A stretch of DNA of 64,000 bases from NCBI GenBank assembly GCA_965224245.1, contig OZ245046.1, forward strand, positions 4,896,001 through 4,960,000, given 5' to 3'. Below the pieces are notes generated by a model, which did not search any database, was not told where the DNA came from, and worked only from the letters and a program-made list of their open reading frames with translations. Source of the stretch: Candidatus Eiseniibacteriota bacterium. GTDB taxonomy: Bacteria; Eisenbacteria; RBG-16-71-46; CAZAMP01. The position numbers and the translations under genes were made by a program. Positions 1-9,566 of the stretch are shown here, piece by piece; the first letter of the stretch is position 1, and each line of letters starts with the position of its first letter.

Positions 1-190
1 ACTTCTATCGTCTGACGACGCCGAGCGGTGTCGCGACGAGATCGATCGCGGTGCTGCGGTAGCCCCTGGCAGCACCGTGTTAGGGGATGCTGAACCCCTG
101 GCGGAGGCCCCGGCATCCCGAGGATGTCGGGGCCTTCTTCATCGTGGCGCGGCGCGCCGATCCGCGAAGCGGCACCGGCCGCGCCCATCG

Positions 191-925
191 TCAGCCCGTC
201 TGCCAGGGCTCTCGCTTGGCCCCACCCCAGCCTCCGGGATCCTCGATACGCCACGGATTGCCTGTCCCCCATCCCTCCCTGAGCCACATCTCGAGGTGCG
301 GGACGCCATGGTACCGGTGAACGAGTCGGTACAGATCGGTCTCGAGGTCGAGCACGTAGACGCTGAGATCGGGAAACAGACTGTGGTGGACGACACGAGT
401 GGGGGTGTCACCGTCGGGCCGCAGGTCCAGCGAGAGTCCGCACCAGATCGGGGGGAAGGCGACCTCCTCGGCCACCTCTCGGCCCACTCGGGCGCACACG
501 TAGGGCACGGGGACTCTCATGAAGGCGCAGGCTGCGTCCCCCGCGAGCTCGCCGATCCTCTCGCCGCTCTGAGTTCTCGCGCCGACGAGCTGATAGAAGT
601 GCCAGCCCAGGGCGTCGTCGAGCCGGTAGCCACGACGCAGGGTCTTAAAAGTCTCCGGTGGGATGGACGCGAACGAGGTCGTGGTCACGAGACCGCTGGA
701 CTCCAGAAAGCCGCAGGTGTCCGACTCGGGGTCCGCGTAGACGTCCAGGACGTTGGCGAAACGAAACGAACCCGACGTGAGCAGCCTCGCGCGGGGAACA
801 TGCGGTGCCGGATGAAATGTGTCGGTTACCGGAAGGACGAACCTTCGGTCACCGACGGTGATCTCGCTCGCGGGATGAATCCAGCTCACGCTGACGAGCG
901 AGCCGGTGAGTCGAGCATCTGACAT
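191..925 (-). CDS. hypothetical protein (244 aa)
   Basis: Trimmed from ORF 191..1159 to the ATG at 925, which follows an AGGAGG RBS; globular-looking sequence; co-oriented downstream of the ECF sigma gene. Confidence 0.6.
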   Translation of the reverse strand: MSDARLTGSLVSVSWIHPASEITVGDRRFVLPVTDTFHPAPHVPRARLLTSGSFRFANVLDVYADPESDTCGFLESSGLVTTTSFASIPPETFKTLRRGYRLDDALGWHFYQLVGARTQSGERIGELAGDAACAFMRVPVPYVCARVGREVAEEVAFPPIWCGLSLDLRPDGDTPTRVVHHSLFPDLSVYVLDLETDLYRLVHRYHGVPHLEMWLREGWGTGNPWRIEDPGGWGGAKREPWQTG

Positions 926-1022
926 GACGCCTCCTTTCCCGACGACGCGTCCGGCGGGCCGGCTGACGCGATGGGCGCATCGAAGGCGCTCACGCACCTC
1001 GGCGCCGCGTCGTCGCAGCCGA

Positions 1023-1718
1023 TCATCCGCCGGCTCGCTGTTCAGAAAGCTCAACGGCCAGTCGACCTCGCACGTACCGGAGCGAGTCGAGCACGTGCTT
1101 GGCTGCTCGTCGATCGGCACGGTCGCCCTCACATCGACCCGCATGTACCGCGAGCTCACGACCGGACAGCTCGAACGCAGCCCCGGCGATCAGAAGCGGC
1201 GCGTCGCCACCGAGGCCGTTGACCACCGCCCACGTGCGCCGGAAGCGCTCGCGGGCCTCGACGTGCCTGAGAGGTCCGGGTGAGCCGTCCACCAGACACT
1301 CCGTCGTCTCGCGCGAGTCCTCGAACGAGATGCGGCCGACACACTCCCTCGTCCAACTCCGCAACCGATCACGGACGTGGTTCGAGACGATGCGACACAG
1401 CCAGTGCACAAAGGGCCTGCCGCGATTCCGATAGGAACGAAGCCGCCGGAAGTCTCTCTCGACGCACGCAAGAAACACATCAGGCAGCACGTCGTCGCGC
1501 ATGTGCTCGGGCAGCGGACGCACGAGCCACGGGCGTGCGTTCAGAAGTTCATGCAGGAGTTGTGCAAGGGCCTCTTGGGCCAATGCTGGGCAGCAGTCGA
1601 GATCGTCGAGAAACGTGGGCCACGCGGGGTCGGCCGCGGCGACCCGACCGGATGATCGTGCCCCGGGTCGGTCATCGACGCACGCGAGAGAGGGACCACG
1701 AGCGTTCGCGGGCGCCAT
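1023..1718 (-). CDS. ECF-type sigma-70 factor
   Basis: Region-2-like 'DDVLPDVFLACVERDFRRLRSYRNRGRPFVHWLCRIVSNHVRDRLR' and a C-terminal region-4-like HTH; start uncertain (1718 or upstream). Confidence 0.75.
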   Translation of the reverse strand: MAPANARGPSLACVDDRPGARSSGRVAAADPAWPTFLDDLDCCPALAQEALAQLLHELLNARPWLVRPLPEHMRDDVLPDVFLACVERDFRRLRSYRNRGRPFVHWLCRIVSNHVRDRLRSWTRECVGRISFEDSRETTECLVDGSPGPLRHVEARERFRRTWAVVNGLGGDAPLLIAGAAFELSGRELAVHAGRCEGDRADRRAAKHVLDSLRYVRGRLAVELSEQRAGG

Positions 1719-2001
1719 CGAGGATCCAGTGGGTGAGCTGTCAGTGCGCTCCAGCAGCAAGTTCGCCTCCCGGGCTCGAGGGGGTCGACGGCGGCGTCCT
1801 GCAGGACGCACGTTGTCGCCAGCGCAGATCGCCGGCAGTCGACGGGCCTGGGAGGAAGCGGGGACACCACGTATGCCGATGTGGCGGGCCTCGCGTGCTG
1901 CGGCAGAACTCCCGAGTCCGGCGACTCGAGGGTTTCAACGGATCGAGAGCGAGTTTTTCCATGGAGGTCGCTAGCGGCAACGATGTCGCCGTGTCGAGAG
2001 A

Positions 2002-5000
2002 TCAGCGACTGCGGCAGGCGAACCCCGACCAGTAGAACGGATGGTGAGGGCCACCTTGCCGCTCCCTCTCGGCGAGCAATGCGCGCGATGCCTCCCGGAC
2101 GGCACGTTGCACATCTCGGTCGCCATCCAGATACGCCGCATAGAAGCGACGCATCCACCCGACGGCCACGGCATCGTGGATCTTCCACAGACTCATCACC
2201 ACGCTCCGCGCCCCAGCCAGCTGGAATGCGCGAGGAAGGCCCCACGCGCTCTCACCGACCACGAGAGTACCGAGCCCGGTCTCGCACGCCGACAGCACCG
2301 CGAGATCGACACCCCGAAGATCGAGCGCCACGATCTCCTCCGCGGTGAGCAGTCCATCGGTGTCGTGGCTCTCGAAGGGGCGGTTGGCGCCGGACAGTAC
2401 GAGGCAGCTTCGCACGAGAGGGTCCAGCTGCTGAACCGCACCGATCGCGGTGGCGTGCCCTTCCGCAGTGATGGCTGCGGAGCGGACGCAGGAGCCACCC
2501 AGGTAGAAGCCGTGGGTGGCGAAGTGCACGACGGACGCGCCGCGAATGCCCTCACGAACGCGTCGCTCGCTCGCATCAACGGCAAGGAACACGCGCGACA
2601 TGCCCCCGCCATCGGACCAGATCGACGCAACCGACGCGGCCTCCTCCGCGGTCCGGTTCAGCGGCGCGAAAGTCTCCGGCTCATCGCACTCGTCGCCGAT
2701 CCCTCGCATAGCCGCGACCAGATCCGGCGCCACGCCCGACTCGTCGAAGGACGGATCCGCCACGATCATGGCTACACTCCCCGCACTCGCTGGATCGTTC
2801 GACTCGCGCAATGAGCGCTCGGTGTTCAGAAAGCGCATCTCGGGATCGCGTTGCACAAGATAGCCGTCCCCCTCGGCGGTGGGAAGGGCGTGGAAGTCGA
2901 CCAGGTCGAGCAGCCAATCGGAGACGATGAACACCGTCGAGACCCCGGTAACGTGCGGAGCAACCGGGTCCCAGATGCGCCGACGAAGTCGCGACCCGAG
3001 ATCGTTCACGCTTCGCATGCGGGCGCTCGGCGACTCGGTCAGGATCGGGCGCATCTCCGCCCGCCAGTCGACGATCAAGCTGTCGATCGGCCCGGCGGCG
3101 CCCAACGGAATCAGTGTCGGTGCGCGGTCGTCCGGGTTCAGGACGAAGGCCACGTAGCCCGAGCGTGACTCGAGATCAATGGTTCCGTCGTTCTGTCGCA
3201 CAGGTCGTGGATAGGCATACGAGACATACGAGACGAGGCACTCGTCGCGCGCGAGGGCGGCGGTCAGGTCATCGACGTCCACCGGGGTTCCGGGATCCAG
3301 GGGAGTGGCCTCGGCCAATGCATGCGTGAGCTCGATGGCCGCCAGCTCCTTCCTCAGCGCAGCTGCCAGCAAGGGGTCGGCGAGTGCACCGGGCTTCTTG
3401 CGGGATCGGTGCCAGTGCTCCGAGAGCGTTCTTCGGGTGTCTTGCAGGCGTGACACGAGTGACACGATCGTGGAATCGGTCGACGAGACGCCCGCACGCC
3501 ACATCGCTGTCGACAGCTCCATCTGCCGGCCACGATGGTCGATCACCATCTCGTAGACCTCGGAGACGAGTTCGTCCGACGGATCGGAGGCCAGCTCCAC
3601 CACGGAGTAGAGCAAGCCCTCACGCACCGCTGCCAGCGGGACCTGTATCAGCTCGAGGCTGACCGGTCTCGCCACACCACGATCGCGTTGTCGGCGGGCC
3701 AGACCCTGCCAGGTTCGGATCGATGCAGCCGGCTGGCGCCGAAGTGCCTCGATGTCGGCGGCGATTCCGGACAGCTCCCCGTCGTCGGTCCCCAGGGAGC
3801 CCGCGGCGCGTCGGGCGCGCCCCACGTAGGTCCATGCCGAGTCCAGCTCCCCGTGACGAAAGAAGCCGTAGGCCGCGGCGCGCAGCGCATTCGTGGTCCA
3901 GGGATGCTCGTCACCGAACTGGCGCCGCGCCATGTCCACGCCTTCGAGTAGATACGGCAGCCCCTCCGCGGCGCGCCCGGAGTATGTGAGGGCTGCCCCC
4001 AGTGCGGATGTCGAGATGCAGTACAGTCGGGTATCCGACCGGACGCTGTCCCGAGACGCGCGCGCGAGAACGACGGCGTCTTCGTAGCGCCGGCGCGCGA
4101 TGTCGTTGATCGCGAGGTGTTGCATCACGCGCCCAACGTGGACTGGATCGGGTCGACGCTGGCCGCCGAGAGCCTCGAGAGCAGCGCGAAACAGCAGATC
4201 CGCCACGACGCGACGTCCCAGCCGCTGATAGATCATCCCGGAGCCGTCCACGACGAGCGCCCAGATGCCGGGATGCTCCGCTCGGTCGACGACCTCGAGC
4301 GTCTCGAGATTCGCACGCAACGCGGGTGCAAACCGTCCCTCGGCAAGCGCGTTCGCGGACAGATTCGAAGTTAGCCCGACAATGTACTCGATCTGACCAG
4401 GACGGTACTCGCGTGCCAGCTCGACCGCGGTCTCGAAAGCGGAGAACGCCGAGTCGATGACGCCCTCGGTGTAGTAGGAGATACCCAGTCGGTTCCACGT
4501 GTTCGGCAGGCGATCGAGCGCCTCCGGCGTTCCGAGAGTCGTCAGGTCCCCGACGACGCTGCGCAGGAGCGCGCGCCCTTCTGGATGCCGTCCGAGTGTC
4601 ACCTGAAGGTCTGCGAGGTCGTCGCGCGTCTTGCACGCATCGAGTGAATGCTCTCCGAACGTCACGACACGCAGCTCGAGCAGTTGCTCGAGCTCCTGGC
4701 GGCTCTCGTCGAGTCGCCCCATCCATCGCAGGAGGTTGGCGACGTTGCTCAGGGAGCGATGAAGATCGGGGTCGGTCTCGTCCAGGAACTCGCGTCGCAC
4801 GGCAACCGCGTCACGAAACGCGTCGAGTGCCTCTGGGTCCATGTCCACGCGGTAGTAGCAGCTCCCGAGCACGTGCAGCGCACGGCCGAGCTCGGGGCCG
4901 CAATCGTCGCTCGATCGAAACAGGTCGATCGCGTCCGCGACGAGCTGGATCGTCGACGTGGTGTCACGCATGGCACGGCTGCGTTGTCGGCCCTCGGCGA

Positions 5001-5208
5001 CCAGCATCTTCACCACGGCCACTGTTCGCGGCTCCGCCGCCTGGCGTTCCGGCGAGTCGAGCCAGGCCGTGCCCATCGAGTCCGCGAGCGACCACTCACG
5101 CTGGGAGAGATGTGCCTCCAGCGAATCGATCAAGGCCGTCTCGTTCGCGTGTGTCCGGGCCGCGATCACCAGGGACACGGCGAGGATGAGTCGATACATG
5201 ACGGTCAT
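2002..5208 (-). CDS. exported TPR-repeat CHAT (caspase-like) protease
   Basis: Signal peptide 'MTVMYRLILAVSLVIAARTHA', TPR-like helices, CHAT His 'VVHFATHG' and Cys 'VLSACETG', 'VVMSLWKI', terminal 'HPFYWSGF'. Confidence 0.9.
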   Translation of the reverse strand: MTVMYRLILAVSLVIAARTHANETALIDSLEAHLSQREWSLADSMGTAWLDSPERQAAEPRTVAVVKMLVAEGRQRSRAMRDTTSTIQLVADAIDLFRSSDDCGPELGRALHVLGSCYYRVDMDPEALDAFRDAVAVRREFLDETDPDLHRSLSNVANLLRWMGRLDESRQELEQLLELRVVTFGEHSLDACKTRDDLADLQVTLGRHPEGRALLRSVVGDLTTLGTPEALDRLPNTWNRLGISYYTEGVIDSAFSAFETAVELAREYRPGQIEYIVGLTSNLSANALAEGRFAPALRANLETLEVVDRAEHPGIWALVVDGSGMIYQRLGRRVVADLLFRAALEALGGQRRPDPVHVGRVMQHLAINDIARRRYEDAVVLARASRDSVRSDTRLYCISTSALGAALTYSGRAAEGLPYLLEGVDMARRQFGDEHPWTTNALRAAAYGFFRHGELDSAWTYVGRARRAAGSLGTDDGELSGIAADIEALRRQPAASIRTWQGLARRQRDRGVARPVSLELIQVPLAAVREGLLYSVVELASDPSDELVSEVYEMVIDHRGRQMELSTAMWRAGVSSTDSTIVSLVSRLQDTRRTLSEHWHRSRKKPGALADPLLAAALRKELAAIELTHALAEATPLDPGTPVDVDDLTAALARDECLVSYVSYAYPRPVRQNDGTIDLESRSGYVAFVLNPDDRAPTLIPLGAAGPIDSLIVDWRAEMRPILTESPSARMRSVNDLGSRLRRRIWDPVAPHVTGVSTVFIVSDWLLDLVDFHALPTAEGDGYLVQRDPEMRFLNTERSLRESNDPASAGSVAMIVADPSFDESGVAPDLVAAMRGIGDECDEPETFAPLNRTAEEAASVASIWSDGGGMSRVFLAVDASERRVREGIRGASVVHFATHGFYLGGSCVRSAAITAEGHATAIGAVQQLDPLVRSCLVLSGANRPFESHDTDGLLTAEEIVALDLRGVDLAVLSACETGLGTLVVGESAWGLPRAFQLAGARSVVMSLWKIHDAVAVGWMRRFYAAYLDGDRDVQRAVREASRALLAERERQGGPHHPFYWSGFACRSR

Positions 5209-5228
5209 GAGGTTGCTCTCCGTTCGGA

Positions 5229-6167
5229 TCACGGTACGCGACGAACGAGTGTTGCCGACCATGACGTATCGGTGGGGAACGTGGCTGTGACCCACAGCTC
5301 CTCATCGTCACCGAAGTCTGTCTTGAACCGCCACGGCCGCGTCCCCTCCAGAAACCGCATCTCGCCCGAGGGCAGCGCGAGCAGCCAGAGCTGCCAGGGT
5401 CCGTTCTGTGGGAGTGCCAGATGCACCGAGGACGTCAGTCCGGACGGACGGCGCAGCTCGATCCTCTGCTCGCGACCGGGCCAGGACACATACTCGTCTC
5501 GAACCGGAACGAAGCGTCCGCCTCGGCTCACGATACCGTCGATGAACGCCCGGCTCGCCGCCGCCCTCGGATCGGATGGGGTCGCGTCGGGCGACCCGGA
5601 ACCGCGCATGGCGCCCGCGTCGAACTGCGAGCCGAACATCCGCTCAGCGGTGTTCCAATCGGATACCGGTCGCCACTGAAACGCCGGGGGAATCAAGACC
5701 AGCAGCGCCGTGGCGGAAGCCAGTGCGATCACGACCGCACCGGGCCGCCACCACGCCTTCAATCTCGACTGCCAACGCTCAGCGGGTCCGGACGACGACT
5801 CCGACACGGACGCGGCCACGAGCGTGGGCGGGGTTCCCCTCCTGGACGGCGACGCCGCCATCGCGGCTGCGAGGAGGGACTCGTCCTCACCGATGGACAT
5901 CACGTCCGGCGGCACGATGATCGAAGCGCGCAGCCGACTGTGAGCAGGGTCACTCGACTGCTCAATGGCGGCCATGAGGTCGAGCATGTCTCGCCGGAAC
6001 ACGACCGATTGGGCCAACGCTCGTTCCACCTGAGCTCGTTCGACGTCGGACGCCGTTCCGTTGACGTAGGCCACGATCGCCGGAACGTCGGGCGGCGAGA
6101 CGTTCTCGTCTTCGAGGTGCCTCACGAGTTCGTCCAGGAGCTGGTCGATCGCGTCATCGTCACGCAC
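5229..6167 (-). CDS. putative single-pass membrane anti-sigma factor
   Basis: Overlaps the stop of the upstream ECF sigma; N-terminal ASD-like 'IVAYVNGTASDVERAQVERAL' without Zn ligands; TM 'VVIALASATALLVLI'; extracytoplasmic C-terminal domain. Confidence 0.65.
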   Translation of the reverse strand: MRDDDAIDQLLDELVRHLEDENVSPPDVPAIVAYVNGTASDVERAQVERALAQSVVFRRDMLDLMAAIEQSSDPAHSRLRASIIVPPDVMSIGEDESLLAAAMAASPSRRGTPPTLVAASVSESSSGPAERWQSRLKAWWRPGAVVIALASATALLVLIPPAFQWRPVSDWNTAERMFGSQFDAGAMRGSGSPDATPSDPRAAASRAFIDGIVSRGGRFVPVRDEYVSWPGREQRIELRRPSGLTSSVHLALPQNGPWQLWLLALPSGEMRFLEGTRPWRFKTDFGDDEELWVTATFPTDTSWSATLVRRVP

Positions 6168-6786
6168 GGTGCGGCCGCCTCCCGATCGTGGAAAGCTCCG
6201 CCGCGAGGTCGATGCCGAGCTTCTCGAGTTCCTGCCTCAGCTTCTGGCGGCATTGGCGAACGACATTGCCCGCGTCGTGATTGCTCAACCCCAGCAGTGC
6301 GGAGAAGTCTCGGTTGTTCCATCCCTCGCCACGGGCTCGCAGGACGAACTGGCAGCGCGGATCGAGCTGGCGGATTGCCTCGGTGGTCAGCTCCAGCAGA
6401 CGCCGCCAGCCCACGCCGGCATCGACGGATGGGTCGGAGGATGCCGTTTGCTCGTAGTCGGCTTCCTCCGGCTCGGGTCGTTGTGCACGCAGCACGTCGA
6501 TGGCGCATCGACGGGCGACCACGAGGAACCACGTCCGGAACCGGTACCCACGAGGCTCGTATGCAAGTAATCGGCGACAGCTCTGGGCGACCATGGAGTC
6601 CAGCACCTCGACCACGAGATCGTGGCGCCGCTCGCCGGCGTTCGCGAACACCGGAAGGCTCGTGCACATGAGCTCCCGGTACGCCTCCTCGAGGAACATG
6701 TGTCGCCCCCGCACAGGATCCTCGCGCAACATCGCGATGCAGTCGGGCAGCGTCTGGTCGAAGCCGCCGGACCCGGTGTCGTCCAC
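6160..6786 (-). CDS. ECF-type sigma-70 factor
   Basis: 'RRLLAYEPRGYRFRTWFLVVARRCAIDVLR' (region 2) and 'AIRQLDPRCQFVLRARGEGWNNRDFSALLG' (region 4). Confidence 0.85.
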   Translation of the reverse strand: MDDTGSGGFDQTLPDCIAMLREDPVRGRHMFLEEAYRELMCTSLPVFANAGERRHDLVVEVLDSMVAQSCRRLLAYEPRGYRFRTWFLVVARRCAIDVLRAQRPEPEEADYEQTASSDPSVDAGVGWRRLLELTTEAIRQLDPRCQFVLRARGEGWNNRDFSALLGLSNHDAGNVVRQCRQKLRQELEKLGIDLAAELSTIGRRPHRA

Positions 6787-6999
6787 GCTCGTCCTTCCGC
6801 TGGATTACGTTCCAATGTCCGAGGGGCGGATCGTAGCACTTTTTTGGAGTGATGGTCACGGAAGACCCCCTGGGCGTCGACGCGATCCCGCCGGCGGTGG
6901 CGTCCGGGCTCTCCGGGTCGAGGGGTCGAGGGCGATGACCCGGCCCGGTGCGGTCCGGAAGAGCGCGTCGCGCCGGCCATCCGGCGCGACGCACCGTCG

Positions 7000-8676
7000 T
7001 TACGGCGTCACCTCCCGCGACATCGTGCTCTCCTGGTCGACGGGGACGGCGTCGGTGACCGGGGCGGCGTCGATTGCCGGCTGGATGCCACCCGCCCGGG
7101 CAATGCTCGCCTCGAGCCTGCGCGCCTCGTCGTCGTCGAGGATGCGCACTTCCGCCACCGGTTCCCCCGATCCTCCCCGCGCCGAGGTCCAGCGCACACA
7201 GACATAGACCGATCGCGCCACTGTCGTGTCGTTGGGGTGCGAGATGGACGCGCTATCGTAGAGCTTCACCTGCGCACAGTACTCGCCGGTCCGGTCGGTG
7301 AAGCAGCTGTAGCTGATCCACGCCCAGAAGTCGAAGGTCGTGCGGTCACTGGCCGGACACGAGTCGTCGAAGATGCTGCCGATGTAGCCCCAGCGATTCA
7401 AGGAACACGGCGTCCGGACGTAGTAGTACGATCCTCCGCTCGGACGAAACCACCACACAGCTTGCGCCTTGCACTGATTCCGATAGCCCCACATGTCGAG
7501 CTTGCCGCGAACGTAGAGGCGCTGGTTCGGATTGTCCGGCTCGGCGCGCACGTTGTAGAAGCGGGCCTTCTTGCGGAAACCGGTGTCGGACGCACTCCGC
7601 GAGCTCTGGTCGCAAGACCATTCCGCGCGCACGCTGTACGAGTAGGTCCGAGACGTGGACGAGCTGCGATCGTCGTAGGACGTCCCGGTCGTCGTGGCCA
7701 GGCGCGAGCCGTCGCGATAGATTGCGTAGCGCGCCGGCCGGGGCGACACCGAGCTCCAGGTGACGCGCACGTACGACGAGTACGTCCCGTTGCTGGCTCG
7801 CACGTTGGTCGGTGTCGGAGGCGAGTACGAGATGTCCGCCGAGCGCACCTGGATCGTCTTCGTCTGGTACCGGTCGACCGTCACGGTCTTGGACCTCGAC
7901 ATCAATCCACAGCCGGGATCTCGAACCGTCCACCGGTGAGTGCCCGGAGTCACCTCGATACGCGGGTTTCCGGACAGCCGCCCGATCGAACGATCGTCGA
8001 CGAACACGTCGTACGTTCCACTTCCGGAGAAGGACAGCTGCGTCGGCGGGCACACCACCCAGTCGATCGAGAGCCCTCCGGCGCCGACCCGCACGGTGTC
8101 GGTCGCCGCCAACCCGATCGTTCGCGTGAAGCTCTGGCTGACGCAACCGTCGTCGTTTCGGAAGCGAAAGCGCTGCTCTCCGACGTCGACGATCTCGCAG
8201 CGGCTCGAGCCCACGGAGATGCTACCGACCCAGTGGCCGTTCAGCTCGAGCTCCAGGTCCTCGGAGAGCCCGCTGAGCGTGAAGCAGAGCCGGGAGTCCG
8301 GACATGACGCCCAGTCGGGCGGCGAGTCCGCGTCGAACTCGACGGTCACCGTCTTCCCCGACTCCGCCACGACCGACTGCGACTTCGATACGCACTGGGT
8401 CCGGGCATTGACGACGTGAACGTCGTGAGGTCCCGGCTCGACGTCGACATCCAAATCCGACTCGTGATCGATGACGCCGACGCGCACCGTATCGACGTAC
8501 ACGCCGAGCGGGTCCGCGTAGTCGCCGAGAGCGAACGACAGCATCGCAGGCTCGGTCGGCGGCGGGGGGTCGGTCACGCCAGTCGTGTCATCCGGCCCGC
8601 AGCCGGCGAGCACCGCCACCGCCAGCGCCGCGCAAGCGAACCACGAGGCGCGCATGCCGAAGTATCGCAGGAACAT
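7000..8676 (-). CDS. lipoprotein with PEGA-like repeats and a fibronectin type III domain
   Basis: AAGGAGG RBS; lipobox 'LAGC'; three beta-rich repeats; FN3-like 'PTPTNVRAS...VRVTWSSV...YAIYRDG...YSYSVRA'. Confidence 0.7.
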   Translation of the reverse strand: MFLRYFGMRASWFACAALAVAVLAGCGPDDTTGVTDPPPPTEPAMLSFALGDYADPLGVYVDTVRVGVIDHESDLDVDVEPGPHDVHVVNARTQCVSKSQSVVAESGKTVTVEFDADSPPDWASCPDSRLCFTLSGLSEDLELELNGHWVGSISVGSSRCEIVDVGEQRFRFRNDDGCVSQSFTRTIGLAATDTVRVGAGGLSIDWVVCPPTQLSFSGSGTYDVFVDDRSIGRLSGNPRIEVTPGTHRWTVRDPGCGLMSRSKTVTVDRYQTKTIQVRSADISYSPPTPTNVRASNGTYSSYVRVTWSSVSPRPARYAIYRDGSRLATTTGTSYDDRSSSTSRTYSYSVRAEWSCDQSSRSASDTGFRKKARFYNVRAEPDNPNQRLYVRGKLDMWGYRNQCKAQAVWWFRPSGGSYYYVRTPCSLNRWGYIGSIFDDSCPASDRTTFDFWAWISYSCFTDRTGEYCAQVKLYDSASISHPNDTTVARSVYVCVRWTSARGGSGEPVAEVRILDDDEARRLEASIARAGGIQPAIDAAPVTDAVPVDQESTMSREVTP

Positions 8677-8710
8677 CTCGATCCTCCTTTGTCAGTGTCG
8701 TCTCGTCGAC

Positions 8711-9403
8711 TCACGGCGTCAGGCTCGTACCGATCCGAATCCCCATCCACCAGGCGTCCATGGGCACACCGCGGTGCTCGACCTCGCCCGAGTAGCGCAA
8801 CGTCTGCTCGTGACCGGAGATGGCGACCCGACTCACCTGCAGCTCGAGCACGCCGGGATGCAACCGCCAGCCGCAGGCCAGCGTCGTGAGAAGCCCCGGT
8901 TCGATGGATGACGTTGCGGATGCCACGTCGGGGTGCCCGTCGAAGCGCAGGCGGTTCGACACCCAGCCGATTCCGAGCCCCAGCTCGACGTAGATCGTTC
9001 CGCCCACGGGTCGCGGCATCGTCGACCGGACCACGGCGCCGATCCCGGTCACCGTCCACCGCCCGGTGACCTCGATGTCGTCCACGGTCCCGGCATCCAG
9101 GCCCAATCGCTCGTGGGTCACGAACGGGCCGATCTCGTAGTGCGCCGTGCGATCCAGGGACCACGTCGCACAGGCCTCCAGCGACAGTCCGGTGCTCGCT
9201 CCGGCGCCGGGACGTTCCGAGAAGCTGCCCGTCGGCATCGCGAATCCCACGAGGCCGTCCACGCGCGCTCCTCCGGCGAAGGAGGGCATCGCCACCAGCA
9301 GGCAAGCCAGGGCGGCCAGCGCACATCCTCGCGTGACGCACGTGAGCGTTCGTCGGCCACCCGTCTCACCTCGCCACCCAGCTCGCGATCGGACATTCGA
9401 CAT
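8711..9403 (-). CDS. putative outer-membrane beta-barrel protein
   Basis: GGGAGG RBS, signal peptide ending 'PSFA', alternating amphipathic beta strands, 'GLVGFAMPTGSF' opening strand. Confidence 0.6.
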   Translation of the reverse strand: MSNVRSRAGWRGETGGRRTLTCVTRGCALAALACLLVAMPSFAGGARVDGLVGFAMPTGSFSERPGAGASTGLSLEACATWSLDRTAHYEIGPFVTHERLGLDAGTVDDIEVTGRWTVTGIGAVVRSTMPRPVGGTIYVELGLGIGWVSNRLRFDGHPDVASATSSIEPGLLTTLACGWRLHPGVLELQVSRVAISGHEQTLRYSGEVEHRGVPMDAWWMGIRIGTSLTP

Positions 9404-9490
9404 GGCGTCCTCCCTTCACGATCGAGACCCCTCGGTCCGCTCCATCCGCGTCGAAGTTTGAACGGCTGGATCGCCGGCTTTTCGGAACGG

Positions 9491-9510
9491 GCTTTTCGTG
9501 TCCGAAAAGC
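9491..9510. promoter_or_regulatory. palindrome GCTTTTCG-N4-CGAAAAGC in the divergent promoter region of the T6SS-like operon
   Basis: Perfect 8-bp inverted repeat, with an extra half-site GCTTTTCGGA at 9477-9486. Confidence 0.5.
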
Positions 9511-9566
9511 ACGGCCCCGCCACGTTGAGATGATGCAGACGACGGGACGCACACGGGGGACGCGAC

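Noticed and set aside
2002-6786. TPR-CHAT plus sigma as a type III-E CRISPR (Craspase) locus
   Set aside because: No Cas7-11 or array nearby, and the CHAT has a signal peptide
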